From the NCBI GenBank assembly GCA_963762745.1, contig CAVXMB010000002.1, forward strand, positions 291,043-355,042: 64,000 nt of DNA. Direction: 5' to 3'. The DNA comes from an uncultured Actinomycetota bacterium (lineage in GTDB: Bacteria > Actinomycetota > UBA4738 > HRBIN12). The translations under genes and the position numbers were made by a program. Below, piece after piece: positions 7,846-17,477 of this stretch (the first letter of the stretch is position 1; every line of letters starts with the position of its first letter). Under the pieces are notes generated by a model. That model ran no database searches. It was not told the origin of the DNA and was given only the letters and a program-made list of their open reading frames with translations.

Positions 7846-8877
7846 CTAGCCGGAGAAGTAGCGCCCCACCCCGGCTGCCACCGCGCGAGCGATGCGAGCG
7901 GGGAGATCGGGATCGCGCAGCATCGTCTGCTCTTCGGCTCCCGCGCCGGTGAGCGGTTCGACCTGGACGGCAGGCATCCGCGTCTCTCGCAGCGGCGCGA
8001 TCGTCAGGGGTCGGAGCCTCCCCGCGAGCCCGAGCTCCGCCTCCAGCTCCTCCAAGATGAGCTGCGCCAGAACTAATCCAGAAGGAGAGTGCGTGGTCCG
8101 GCTGCCGAAGTACGAACACACAGGACCGCCGTCTCCCTCGTCCTCGCGGGACGCGAGATCCACCGTGATCGATGCGGCCGCGTCGACCTCGTTCGCGAGC
8201 CGGGCGCGATCCGACGGCGCGGCCGCGTCGGCGCCGATGACGAGGAGCCTGGCGTCGGCGCCCACCGCTTGCAACGCGGCGACGAGCGCGAGCGCCGAGC
8301 GACGATTGACGTCGTCGTCTCCGGCCGGCCCTTCGCCGACGTCGACGGCGATCACGCGTCCCTCGATCGGCCCGCGGGACGCCTGCAGCTCTTCGCGTTC
8401 GCGAACGAGCGCTCGAGAGGGAACGGATTCGAGCGGCCGCATCCGGCGAAGGACCGAGAGCGTGTGCGGACCGACGATGCCGTCCGGCTCGTCGCCCACG
8501 TTCCGCTGGAAGAGCCGGAGCGCGCCGTCGGTCCGCGGGCCGTAGAGCCCGTCTTCCTTCCCGCTGTCGAAACCCAGTGCGTTCAACATCCGCTGCATCT
8601 CCCGGACGTCGTCGCCTCGGAACATCGGGGCGCGGTGATACAGCGTGCGGTCGCCGAGCTGCCATCCGGCCTCGACGAGCTGTTCCCAGGTGTCGGGTCC
8701 GACGAGGCCGTCGACCCGAAGGTGGCGCTCCCGCTGGAAACCGCGGACGGCCGCCTCCGTCGACGAGCCGAACGTGCCATCCCACTCGGCTTCGTCCACG
8801 ACGGCGCCGAGCGACAGCAGCCTCGCCTGGATGTCCGTGATCTCCGGGCCTCGGTCGCCTGTGCGATAGATGCGCAT
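7846..8877 (-). CDS. cwlM: CwlM-like protein: two PG_binding_1 domains plus a degenerate amidase_3 domain, with no signal peptide
   Basis: Two GxxTxxAVRxFQ peptidoglycan-binding repeats and a C-terminal amidase_3-like fold. Synteny with trxA/trxB matches M. tuberculosis Rv3915. Confidence 0.8.
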   Translation of the reverse strand: MRIYRTGDRGPEITDIQARLLSLGAVVDEAEWDGTFGSSTEAAVRGFQRERHLRVDGLVGPDTWEQLVEAGWQLGDRTLYHRAPMFRGDDVREMQRMLNALGFDSGKEDGLYGPRTDGALRLFQRNVGDEPDGIVGPHTLSVLRRMRPLESVPSRALVREREELQASRGPIEGRVIAVDVGEGPAGDDDVNRRSALALVAALQAVGADARLLVIGADAAAPSDRARLANEVDAAASITVDLASREDEGDGGPVCSYFGSRTTHSPSGLVLAQLILEELEAELGLAGRLRPLTIAPLRETRMPAVQVEPLTGAGAEEQTMLRDPDLPARIARAVAAGVGRYFSG

Positions 8878-8945
8878 CCGTCCGAGTCTGCGTTGACCCG
8901 CGACGCGGCGGCAACCACCGCCCGGGGAGGTGTGGGGAAGGGGCC

Positions 8946-9272
8946 CTACGCCAGGTGCGGATCCAGGTCGCGCAAGATCGCGTCCTTCGGACGGGCCCCG
9001 GTGACCCTGGCAACTTCCTTGCCGGCCTTGAACAGGATCAACGACGGGATCGACATCACACCGTAGGTGCGCGTGGAATCCGGGTTCTCATCGATGTTCA
9101 GCTTCGCGACCTTCAGATCGACACCCTTTTCCTGGCCGATCTCCTCGACGACTGGGGAGACCATGTGGCACGGGACACACCACTCGGCCCAGAAGTCCAC
9201 GAGGACCGGCGTCTCCGAGTCCAGCACGCTCGCCTGGAACTCCGTGTCGTTCACGTCTCCGATGTTGGCCAT
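8946..9272 (-). CDS. trxA: Thioredoxin
   Basis: WAEWCVPCHM active site. ATG 9272 has a GAGGAG SD. Confidence 0.95.
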   Translation of the reverse strand: MANIGDVNDTEFQASVLDSETPVLVDFWAEWCVPCHMVSPVVEEIGQEKGVDLKVAKLNIDENPDSTRTYGVMSIPSLILFKAGKEVARVTGARPKDAILRDLDPHLA

Positions 9273-9360
9273 CTCTTCTCCTCTCGGGTCCGCCGGCAGA
9301 TGCGCCGGCGGTGTTCCGTGCGTGGTGCAACGCGGTGCTGCCCGCGGGGATTCCCTCCGT

Positions 9361-10314
9361 TCAACCGGCCGTGTGCGCCTCGGCCTCGAGCAGCTTCTCG
9401 GCGTCCATCGCACCCTTGCAACCTTGTCCGGCAGCGGTCACCGCCTGACGATAGATCCGATCGGTGACATCACCGGCCGCGAACACGCCCTCACGGGACG
9501 TGTGCGTGCGCGGTTCCGCCACCACGATGTACCCGTCGGCATCGAGGTCCAACCAGTCGTGGAACAGCTCCGTGTTGGGGGTGTGGCCGATCGCGACGAA
9601 GACACCGTCGGTCCGGAACTCTCGCGACTCGCCCGTGACGGTGTCGCGCAGACGGACCCCCGTCACGGCATCGTCACCGAGGACCTCCGAGACCTCCGCG
9701 TTCCAGATCACTTCGATCTTCGGGTTGGCGAGGGCACGCTCCTGCATGATCTTGGAGGCCCGGAACTCGTCTCGCCGGTGGACGATGGTGACCTTGGACG
9801 CGAACTTCGTGAGGAACGTCGCCTCTTCCATCGCCGAGTCGCCGCCGCCGACCACGACCAGCTCGCGATCGCGGAAGAAGAAGCCGTCGCACGTCGCACA
9901 GGCCGAGACCCCTCGGCCTCGCAGCTTGTCCTCGCCCGGCACCTCGAGCCACTTCGCCGTCGCGCCCGTCGTGATCACGATGGTGCGGGCTCGCCACTCC
10001 TGATCTCCGGCCCAGACGCCGAAGGGCCGGGACGAGAGATCGACCTTGGTCACGTGCACCGACAGGATCTCGGCCCCGAATCGGGCCGCCTGCTTCTCCA
10101 TCTGGTCCATCAGCTCGGGACCCAAGATGCCGTCGGCGAAGCCCGGATAGTTCTCGACGTCCGTGGTGAGCATCAGCTGGCCGCCGGCCTCGAGGCCCTT
10201 CAGCACCAGAGGCTCGAGGTTGGCTCGGGCCGCGTAGAGCGCGGCGGTGAAGCCCGCGGGGCCGGAACCGATCACGATCACGTTCCGGACGTCGGTCGGG
10301 TCGTTCGTGCTCAT
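9361..10314 (-). CDS. trxB: Thioredoxin-disulfide reductase
   Basis: GSGPAG FAD motif, CATCDG redox centre and [15 protein letters not shown] motif. ATG 10314 is preceded by GGGAGGA. Confidence 0.95.
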   Translation of the reverse strand: MSTNDPTDVRNVIVIGSGPAGFTAALYAARANLEPLVLKGLEAGGQLMLTTDVENYPGFADGILGPELMDQMEKQAARFGAEILSVHVTKVDLSSRPFGVWAGDQEWRARTIVITTGATAKWLEVPGEDKLRGRGVSACATCDGFFFRDRELVVVGGGDSAMEEATFLTKFASKVTIVHRRDEFRASKIMQERALANPKIEVIWNAEVSEVLGDDAVTGVRLRDTVTGESREFRTDGVFVAIGHTPNTELFHDWLDLDADGYIVVAEPRTHTSREGVFAAGDVTDRIYRQAVTAAGQGCKGAMDAEKLLEAEAHTAG

Positions 10315-10340
10315 GCGTGTCAATCCTCCCACACGACTTG

Positions 10341-10367
10341 AACGCCGGACCTCAGCCGGTTCCTTCC
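10341..10367 (-). promoter_or_regulatory. Candidate SigH/SigM-type ECF promoter upstream of trxB (GGAAGGAAC...GTT)
   Basis: The minus strand reads GGAAGGAACC-N14-GTT, which fits GGAA-N16 or N20-GTT, about 25 nt upstream of the trxB SD. Confidence 0.3.
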
Positions 10368-10414
10368 CACGGGACGCGCCCGTGGGCGCCGCCGCCGCCC
10401 TCCCGGTGCGACCG

Positions 10415-11149
10415 CTAGATGCGGGCGGAGGCGAAGGAGAGGATGCTGCAGTCGTCCTTCGCGGCCACCCAAACCACCGCCGTGTCCGGCGGCTCGTTCG
10501 CCCCGGGACCCTCCAGGTAGATCGCGATGTAGGCGGCGCGACCCTCGAACCGAGCCTGGATCAGCCGGGCTAGCCGACCGACCGGTTGCTCGTCGAAGGC
10601 CTGGCTGACGCAGGTGGCAGCGGTGGGGTCGTCCCGAGTGGACGCGCCCGCTTCGGCGAATTGCGCGGACTCTGAGCTCGTGGCGCGGGCGAGCTCCTCG
10701 AGTCCCTTCGGGTCGTAGTTCACGTCCTGGACCTCGACCTGGCCACCGGAGGCGGCGTCCTGCACTTCCTCCGCGCCCGTCGACATCGGGCCTTGGCCGC
10801 CCTCGGGCGCGCGGTCGGCGTCGCTGCCGCCGACGTTGGGAAGGGCGATCGCGATCGCCACGACCACGGCGGCGGCAGCGGCTACGCCCGCCCACCGGTA
10901 CCACACAGGAGTCCCTTGCCCGGGAACCCCCTGGCCGCGGCCGCCGGCTGCGGCGACCACGCGCTGGTGCAGATCGGTGGGGGCGGCGGCTTGGGGAAGC
11001 GATCGAGCGGCGTTCCGGCCTGCGGTCGCGAGCACGACTTCCTCTCGGCAGGAGTGGCAGGTGTCCAGATGCGCCTGCACCCCGGCGAGGTCTCCCTCGT
11101 CCAGGGTGCCGTCCGCGAGGTCGGCGAGCAGCTCGTAGGGATGATTCAT
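10415..11149 (-). CDS. Anti-sigma factor (zf-HC2 type, single TM)
   Basis: N-terminal [11 protein letters not shown] zinc-binding motif, a TM helix, and an ATGA overlap with the upstream ECF sigma gene. Confidence 0.8.
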   Translation of the reverse strand: MNHPYELLADLADGTLDEGDLAGVQAHLDTCHSCREEVVLATAGRNAARSLPQAAAPTDLHQRVVAAAGGRGQGVPGQGTPVWYRWAGVAAAAAVVVAIAIALPNVGGSDADRAPEGGQGPMSTGAEEVQDAASGGQVEVQDVNYDPKGLEELARATSSESAQFAEAGASTRDDPTAATCVSQAFDEQPVGRLARLIQARFEGRAAYIAIYLEGPGANEPPDTAVVWVAAKDDCSILSFASARI

Positions 11150-11742
11150 GCCTCTTCCTCTGACGCCCGTGACGCGCGGGAGGGTTCCCCTCTGGGCGAC
11201 CCGAGCGCCTTCCCCAGCGCCGCTCGGCCCCGGAAGACCCTGGATTTCACGGTGCCGACCGGGATCTCGAGCACGCGGGCGATCTCGTCGTAGGGGAGAT
11301 CCTGCACGTCGGCCAGCACGAGGACCACGCGGAACTCCTCGGGGACCTCGAGGAGCGCACGCGCGACGTCGACGGAGAACACGACGTCGTCTGCGTGGTC
11401 CGGGGCCGGGAGGGACGTCTCGGGGCGCTCGTCATCCTCGTCCCTCACGATCTGGAGCAGGGGACGCCTGCGCTTGCGCCGGAGGGAGTCGTAGCAGGCG
11501 TTGACCGTGACCCGATGGAGCCAGGTCGTGAACGCGGAATCGCCGCGGAACGTGCTCAGCTTCCGGAGCGCGGCGAGGAAGGTGTCCTGCGACACGTCGG
11601 CCGCCTCGTCGGGGTCCCCGAGGATCCGGAGACAGAGGTTGTAGACCCTCGTGCCGTGACGCTGGACGAGGATCTCGAACGCGTCGGCGCTCCCGTCCTG
11701 GAAGCGCCGGACGAGCAGCTCGTCGCTGTCGGAGGCATCCAC
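11146..11742 (-). CDS. ECF RNA polymerase sigma factor (SigM-like by synteny)
   Basis: Sigma-70 region 2 (AFEILVQRHGTRVYNLCLRILGDPDEAADVSQDTFL) and region 4 (PEEFRVVLVLADVQDLPYDEIARVLEIPVGTVKSRVFRGR). GTG start. Confidence 0.9.
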   Translation of the reverse strand: MDASDSDELLVRRFQDGSADAFEILVQRHGTRVYNLCLRILGDPDEAADVSQDTFLAALRKLSTFRGDSAFTTWLHRVTVNACYDSLRRKRRRPLLQIVRDEDDERPETSLPAPDHADDVVFSVDVARALLEVPEEFRVVLVLADVQDLPYDEIARVLEIPVGTVKSRVFRGRAALGKALGSPRGEPSRASRASEEEA

Positions 11743-11752
11743 GGTCGCGACG

Positions 11753-12154
11753 CTACAAGGAGGGTGGCCCGGCGGTCTCCGTGACGACCACCGTGGCGAA
11801 GTCCTCGGTCCACGGGATGCGATGCGCCACCAGGGTGTTCGCGAGCTTCCTGATCTTCACCGTGACGAGGCCCGTCGGCCGTTCGATGCTGCAGCCACCG
11901 CGGGTCAGCCTCGCGCCGGGCTCTTCCTTCGCAACGAGCTGCGCGACCCGCTCACAGGTGTCACGTACGTTCCGCGCGCGAGCGTAGACGAGAGCCCCCT
12001 CACTCGCGGCCGACGTGCCCACGTCCGAGAGCTTGTAGGTCGTGAACGCGATCGAGGCGGCGTCGATCGCGGCGACCGCGAGCAACGCGAGGATGAGGAG
12101 CCAGACGACGATCATCTTCCCGATCAATCCGGATTCGTCGCGACGCAGATTCAC
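11753..12154 (-). CDS. Small membrane-anchored protein with a TadE/TadG-like N-terminus
   Basis: N-terminal hydrophobic helix MIVVWLLILALLAVAAIDAASIAF resembles pilus-assembly Tad_N. GTG start in a GTGA overlap with the murJ stop. Confidence 0.45.
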   Translation of the reverse strand: MNLRRDESGLIGKMIVVWLLILALLAVAAIDAASIAFTTYKLSDVGTSAASEGALVYARARNVRDTCERVAQLVAKEEPGARLTRGGCSIERPTGLVTVKIRKLANTLVAHRIPWTEDFATVVVTETAGPPSL

Positions 12155-13791
12155 CCGCGGAACCTCCTGACGATGGCCTGTCTCAGGTCATCGACCTCTC
12201 CGACTCGCAGGATAAGTGCCGAGATCAGGAACACCAGCACCCCCACCACAACGGCGGTCCCCACTTGCGCCGCGAGTGCGGACACGCTCGAGCCTCTCGG
12301 CACCTGCCACGCCTCGATCACGCCGAGTGCGGCCGCCGCGGACGCCACGGCCGCGATCGATGCCTTCGCCGCCGTTCGCGCGATGTGCTCGCCGTCGATC
12401 GAGCCGAGGCGACGCCGGAGCAACAGGAGGAGGACGCTCGCACCGACCGCGTACGAGGTGGCATGCGCCAGCGCCATCCCTCGCAGACCGAGGTCGAGCG
12501 GGCCGATGTACAGGAGGGCTGCGCCCACGTTCACGACCGCCGCCACCAGGTTCACGAGCGCCGGCGTCCGCGTGTCCTGCATCGCGTAGAACGTCCGGGT
12601 GAGCAGCTGGAAGGCGGAGAAGAACAAGAGCCCCACGGCGAACCCCTGGAGGGTTCCGGCGATCGCCTCGGAGTCACGTGCGACCGCCGCTCCGTGTTCG
12701 AAGAGGAGACGCGAGATCGGCTCGGCCAGCACCAGCAGGCCGATCGCCGCGGGCAGCGTCACGACCGCGGTATCGCGGAGCCCGCGAGAGACGAGGTCGC
12801 GAACGCCGTCGGGATGCCCGGTCGACCACCGTTCGCTCATGCTCGGCAAGAGCGCGGTGAAGATGGACACGGCGAAGATCGCGTGCGGGAGGAGGAACAC
12901 CGTGTACGCGGTGGTGTAGATCTGGGGCCCGGCGTCGAACCGATTGTTGAGCACGATGATGACGACATACGCGAGCTGGTTGGCCGCCACGTAGAGCGCC
13001 ACCCACGTCGCCAGGCGGACGAGATGCCGGACCGCCTCATGTCGCCAGTCGAACCGCACGTGGAGGCGATAGCCGAGCGAGCGCAGCGACGGCCAGAGCG
13101 CAACGGTCATCGCGACCACCCCGAGGGTCGTGCCCACGGCGAGCACGGTCTGCTCGGCCGTGGTGATGCCGACGACGCGTGGCGGTCGGTCACCGCGGAC
13201 GATCGCGTAGGCGACGAACGTCCCGATCACCACGAGGTTGTTCAGGATCGGTGCGAACATCGGGGCCGCGAAGCGTCGGTGGGCCTGGAGGAGCCCGATC
13301 GCGACCGCCCCGACGCCGTAGAAGACGATCTGCGGCATGAACCAACGGAGGAAGAACACGCCGAGCTGGATGTCTGCCTCCCGATCGCGGCCTTCGGATG
13401 ACACGAGGTACAGACGGATGATCTGCTCCGCGAACAGGGCCCCGAGCGCCGCCACCACGACCAGGACCACGAGGACCAGCGACAGCACCCGGTTCGCCAC
13501 GTCGCGGGCATCGTCCGATCCCTTCGTCGCCATCCGGTCGACGAACACCGGGACGAAGACCGAGGTGAGGATCCCTCCCAGGATCAACTCGTAGACGATG
13601 TTGGGCGTCAGGTTGGCGACGGTGTAGATCGAGCCCAGCGAGCTCACCGTGACGCCGAGCGTTGCCGTCATCGCGGTCAGGCGGAGGAAGCCTGTGAGCC
13701 GAGAGAGGGCGGTCCCGACGGTCATCACGGCCGTGTGGCGCATGAGCGACCCGCGTGAATCAGGCGGCTGGGGTTCCACGTCCGAGCTCAC
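12151..13791 (-). CDS. murJ: Lipid II flippase MurJ (MviN), without the C-terminal pseudokinase extension seen in mycobacteria
   Basis: MRHTAVMTVGTALSRLTGFLR start region and about 14 TM helices. Start is GTG 13791 (GTGA overlap with the upstream stop) or ATG 13743. Confidence 0.9.
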   Translation of the reverse strand: MSSDVEPQPPDSRGSLMRHTAVMTVGTALSRLTGFLRLTAMTATLGVTVSSLGSIYTVANLTPNIVYELILGGILTSVFVPVFVDRMATKGSDDARDVANRVLSLVLVVLVVVAALGALFAEQIIRLYLVSSEGRDREADIQLGVFFLRWFMPQIVFYGVGAVAIGLLQAHRRFAAPMFAPILNNLVVIGTFVAYAIVRGDRPPRVVGITTAEQTVLAVGTTLGVVAMTVALWPSLRSLGYRLHVRFDWRHEAVRHLVRLATWVALYVAANQLAYVVIIVLNNRFDAGPQIYTTAYTVFLLPHAIFAVSIFTALLPSMSERWSTGHPDGVRDLVSRGLRDTAVVTLPAAIGLLVLAEPISRLLFEHGAAVARDSEAIAGTLQGFAVGLLFFSAFQLLTRTFYAMQDTRTPALVNLVAAVVNVGAALLYIGPLDLGLRGMALAHATSYAVGASVLLLLLRRRLGSIDGEHIARTAAKASIAAVASAAAALGVIEAWQVPRGSSVSALAAQVGTAVVVGVLVFLISALILRVGEVDDLRQAIVRRFRG

Positions 13792-15869
13792 GTGTTCCGG
13801 CGTCGGAACAACCTCCTCGACCAGAGCCCGACCAGGAGCAGGCCCGCGCCGACCGTGATCATCAACGCGATCGGGTTCACGGCGGTGGAGCTCACCAGCA
13901 ACTCTCGCCGAGTCAGGATCGCCCCGTTCGGCGCGATGACGCGGACGTCGATCTTGCTCGGACCCGCCGCTTTCACCTCGGCTTGGAAGGTGATCACCTG
14001 GTTGGCCTGATCCAGACGAACGGTCCGCTGGTTGTCGTCGAGGAACTCGACCCGGCCCGACACGAGCTCCACCTTCACATTGAGGACCCGGTCGCCGGGA
14101 TCGCCCATGCGCAGCGGGATCTTGACCGAGCGTGAGGTGAACGTGAGCGCTCGCGAGGTGTCGGGAGCGAGGCGCGAGAACGTTCCGTCGATGACACCGT
14201 TGACGGCAGCGATCCACATGTGCCCGGATCCCTCGTTCCCGACGTACTGGGCCGCCTCCGCGTAGAGCAGCTGTCGACGGAGCCGGTCGGCCTCGTCGGC
14301 CGGCTCCTCGACGATGGACGCGAACGCCGCCACCCGGTCCCCGGTGGTCGCCAGGTCGTCCGCGTAGGCCGCGGAGAATCCGAGCGGGGCGGGGCCGACG
14401 AGCGCCGCGGGATCCGGGTCGGGTGTCACCGCGGAGGCGAGATCGTCGGCGTGCACCGGTTCCAGGAAGGGCGCCTCGGAGAGCCGCTCCACCGCTTCAC
14501 CCCAGATCCCGGTCGGCAGATCCGGGGGGAGATCCAGCGCGAGTCCTCGAACGATGTCGCCCCCCGGCACCGGCTGCTCTCGCCAGATCGTCGCGAGCTC
14601 GCCGAGGATCGCCTGCGCGGCGAGGACGGGATCGGCCAGGAGCCCGTCGTCGCTGAGCAGCGCCTGCGCCCCCGGGTCGGGCAGGAGCAGGTCGACGTCG
14701 ACGCCCGAGGTCGTGGAGAGGGTGGCTGCGGGTGGGGGAGCGAAGTCGTTGGGCTGCGGTGGTCGCTCCACGGAGTCGGCGGCAGCCAGGATCGTGGTCA
14801 CCCCTCGGGCGGACAGGACGTCGATCGAATGCTGGTCGAAGGCAAGTCCGGGGGGGCGCGCGACGGTGTGATCGGGCCGCTCACCGAGGATGCGTTCGAA
14901 CGTCTCGTCGCCGAGCCGCCAGTGCTCCTCGAGATGCGTCCGGAGGCCGGAGGACAGCAGCGCCGGGAGCCTCGGAGCCGCGAACGGCATGGCGTGCACG
15001 CGCACGCGAGGGCTCGACACGATCGATCGCAGACGATCCAGGGTCTCGGCAGCGATGAGCGGAACCACGTCGCGTTCCTGGATGCGCTCCCCATCGCTCC
15101 GCTCGTATCCGTCGGACGCCTGCCGGAGCTGGTCGAGAGCGGCGGGGGAGATGATCACATCGAATGCCGCCTTGGATCTCCGCGGCTCGAGCAGGTCGGA
15201 GATCGCCTCGACCTGCGCCACGATGCCGCCCCTCGCTTCGAGGGTCGCCTCGAATCCAGCATCGATCATGATCCCGTCGGGCGCGAACACGACCGGCGTG
15301 GCGATCTCGGTCCACCACGAGAACAGCACCCGTTGCTGCGGCTTCCTCGCGATGTGGATGGCGGCCGTCGTGAGGACGGCGATCTCGTGATCGACGTCCT
15401 CGCTCCGAAGGGCGAGTTGCAGCGGGTAGACGGCGGACTCCTCCGGATCGACGCTCCCCGGGATCTCGGACACGTCGATCCGGATGGGGACCTCCGCGGA
15501 CTCGCCGGGTCCCAGGGCGTCGGGAAGGGGCACGGTGTCGGCGGACGCCGCGAACGCCGGGCCTTCCTCGAGCGCGGTCTCGTACGCCAGGCGAGACGTC
15601 ACGCGGGGACCGATCGCCCACCCGATCACCGGCGCCGCGATCGTCGAGTCCCCGTCGTTCTGCACACTCACGGACAGCCGGAGCAACGGCTCCTTGGCCG
15701 TCGTCCACGGGGTCTGGCTGACGAGGCGGATCACGGCCGACGGCTCGTCCGGCTCTTGCGCAGGCGCGGGCGAAGCGGTCCAGAGGATCGCGAGGAGGCT
15801 CAGAAGCGAGGCGTGGTCCGTGCGAGCTGCGCATGACGGACGCCAATCGTAGCCGCCGAACTCAGTCAC
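13788..15869 (-). CDS. Rv3909-like (DUF6049-type) secreted protein with a C-terminal TM anchor
   Basis: N-terminal signal-like LLSLLAILWTASPAPAQ, C-terminal NPIALMITVGAGLLLVGLW anchor followed by RRLFRRR. Conserved position next to murJ. Confidence 0.7.
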   Translation of the reverse strand: MTEFGGYDWRPSCAARTDHASLLSLLAILWTASPAPAQEPDEPSAVIRLVSQTPWTTAKEPLLRLSVSVQNDGDSTIAAPVIGWAIGPRVTSRLAYETALEEGPAFAASADTVPLPDALGPGESAEVPIRIDVSEIPGSVDPEESAVYPLQLALRSEDVDHEIAVLTTAAIHIARKPQQRVLFSWWTEIATPVVFAPDGIMIDAGFEATLEARGGIVAQVEAISDLLEPRRSKAAFDVIISPAALDQLRQASDGYERSDGERIQERDVVPLIAAETLDRLRSIVSSPRVRVHAMPFAAPRLPALLSSGLRTHLEEHWRLGDETFERILGERPDHTVARPPGLAFDQHSIDVLSARGVTTILAAADSVERPPQPNDFAPPPAATLSTTSGVDVDLLLPDPGAQALLSDDGLLADPVLAAQAILGELATIWREQPVPGGDIVRGLALDLPPDLPTGIWGEAVERLSEAPFLEPVHADDLASAVTPDPDPAALVGPAPLGFSAAYADDLATTGDRVAAFASIVEEPADEADRLRRQLLYAEAAQYVGNEGSGHMWIAAVNGVIDGTFSRLAPDTSRALTFTSRSVKIPLRMGDPGDRVLNVKVELVSGRVEFLDDNQRTVRLDQANQVITFQAEVKAAGPSKIDVRVIAPNGAILTRRELLVSSTAVNPIALMITVGAGLLLVGLWSRRLFRRRNT

Positions 15870-16634
15870 CCAGCATCGCAGCAGTCTGGTCGACGGCGTA
15901 TCCGAGCGAGATCGCGAGGAGCCCTCCGCCGACGATCAGCCGGAGGGTGCGCTCCTTGGCGCCGAGCGCGAGCGCGGCGCCGAGGCGCGCGCCCGGAACG
16001 GCTCCCACGGCCAGGGCCAGCCCGATCCCCGACGTCGATGTGACCGAGGACCGCGTGCACGACCGTGCCGGGCACGACCAGGGCGACGATCGCGAGCAGC
16101 GAAGTGCCGAGGGCGCGCTTGAGCGGCATCCCGAGCCAGCCCGGCCAGCAGGGGGACCATCACGAGCCCGCCGCCGATCCCGAGGAGTCCCGACAGGAAG
16201 CCGGCGACGGCTCCGATCCCGGCGAGGATCGGAGCCGTCGCCTCACGGGGTTCGCTCCGACCCGACCTGCGCGTCTCGCGGAGGATCGCGAGCGCCTGCG
16301 AGCCGAGCAGCAGCGCGGTGACGAGGAGCAGCAGCGTCGTGTCCACGTACTCCGTCAGCCACGCGCCGAGGGCCGCGCCGACGAGGCCGGGGCCGACGAG
16401 CCAGGCGGCCGCCCGGGTGTCGAGCTCTCCACGCCGCCGATAGGCGAGGGCGCCGGCGAGGGCGGTCGGGAAGATCACCGGAAGGGGCGTGGCCAACGCC
16501 ACGATCGCCGGAGCTCCGATCAGGACGTGGATGCCGGGGGTCATCAGGATGCCGCCTCCCACCCCGAACGACCCCGCGAGGACCCCCGACGCCAGGCCGA
16601 TCGCGACGCCGATCGCGACGTCGGCCGGGGTCAT
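15862..16634 (-). pseudogene. TauE/SafE family sulfite-exporter-like permease interrupted by two +1 frameshifts
   Basis: Frame A 16634..about 16133 (..GLLGIGGGLVMVPLLAGLA), frame B GMPLKRALGTSLLAIVALVVPGTVVHAVLGHIDVG, frame C (I)GLALAVGAVPGARLGAALALGAKERTLRLIVGGGLLAISLGYAVDQTAAMLGD-stop at 15862. The shifts lie in G/C runs at 16130-16132 and 16027-16030. Confidence 0.75.
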
Positions 16635-16644
16635 ACGAGCGGAC

Positions 16645-17355
16645 TCACCGGAGCAACTCTGCGGCGCGCTCGAGGACGTCGCGCTCACCGCGGTACGCGG
16701 CCCGCTTGAGCGCGCGCTCGAGCGGGAACCACCGGATCTCCTCCATCTCGTCGTCCCGGTCGTCGACGTTGCCGCCCGTGTGGCGCATCAAGAAGAAGTG
16801 GACGGTCTTGCGGATGCGGACGTCCTCCCAGACGTAGAAGTAGCGGGTCTCCCCGAGCGACTCTTCGATCTCGGCGAGGAGCCCGGTCTCCTCGCGAACC
16901 TCCCGGATCGCCGCCTCCTCCATCGTCTCGTCGTCCTCGATGCCGCCCTTGGCGAGGCCCCAGGCGAGCTGGCCCCGGCGGGTGCGGCGGGAGGCGAGCA
17001 CGACTTCGATCTCGTCGCCGTTCCGCTGGTAGACGACGCCGCCCGCCGAGATCTCTCGTTTCGTGGGGACCGGGGGTGCCTTCCGCCGAGCCTTCGCCGA
17101 CCTCTTCCGGCTCGAGCTCCTCTTCTTCTTCGAGCTCTTCGAGCGGGCGGCCGTGGTGGAGAGGCGCCCGAGCCGCGGCCCGAGGCCTTTCCGGCCTTGG
17201 CGGCGGCCGGGGTCGAACTCGCCCCTTGGGTCTTCTGGGCGGTCTTCTCGCCCGAGCCCCGCCTGGGGCGGCGTCGGCGGCGGCGGCGCTTCGCGCCGCC
17301 CGCCGCCGCCGCCGCCCCACCCTCGCCCTCGCTGCGTTCGGCCGGCATCGCCCAT
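16645..17355 (-). CDS. NUDIX hydrolase (MutT4-like) with an Arg/Lys/Ser-rich N-terminal extension
   Basis: NUDIX box GGIEDDETMEEAAIREVREETGL. The start and N-terminal frame are uncertain, because a second open frame begins at 17348. Confidence 0.8.
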   Translation of the reverse strand: MGDAGRTQRGRGWGGGGGGRREAPPPPTPPQAGLGREDRPEDPRGEFDPGRRQGRKGLGPRLGRLSTTAARSKSSKKKRSSSRKRSAKARRKAPPVPTKREISAGGVVYQRNGDEIEVVLASRRTRRGQLAWGLAKGGIEDDETMEEAAIREVREETGLLAEIEESLGETRYFYVWEDVRIRKTVHFFLMRHTGGNVDDRDDEMEEIRWFPLERALKRAAYRGERDVLERAAELLR

Positions 17356-17477
17356 CCGAGCTGATTCTAGGTTCCGTTCCTCAGGTCTCCGGGTGCTCCG
17401 GCCGATGCTTGAGACCGAGCGCCGGATGAGGCGCGCCCAGCGATGAGCCGAAGAAAGAGAAGGAGCGTCGGTCTGGC

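Noticed and set aside
7736-7849. 37-codon plus-strand ORF (MQEPRPYPTEQERALRATFLGAMLGVLLALLARARRR) between the PLDc_N genes and cwlM.
   Set aside because: It has no SD, overlaps the cwlM 3' end, and consists of a single hydrophobic stretch that GC-rich DNA produces easily by chance.
16788-17355. A second open frame (MPAERSEGEGGAAAAAGGAKRRRRRRRP..., start 17348) overlapping the NUDIX N-terminal extension, suggesting another frameshift.
   Set aside because: Both frames are low-complexity and I could not find a junction that restores a recognisable sequence. I left the NUDIX start as uncertain rather than calling a frameshift.
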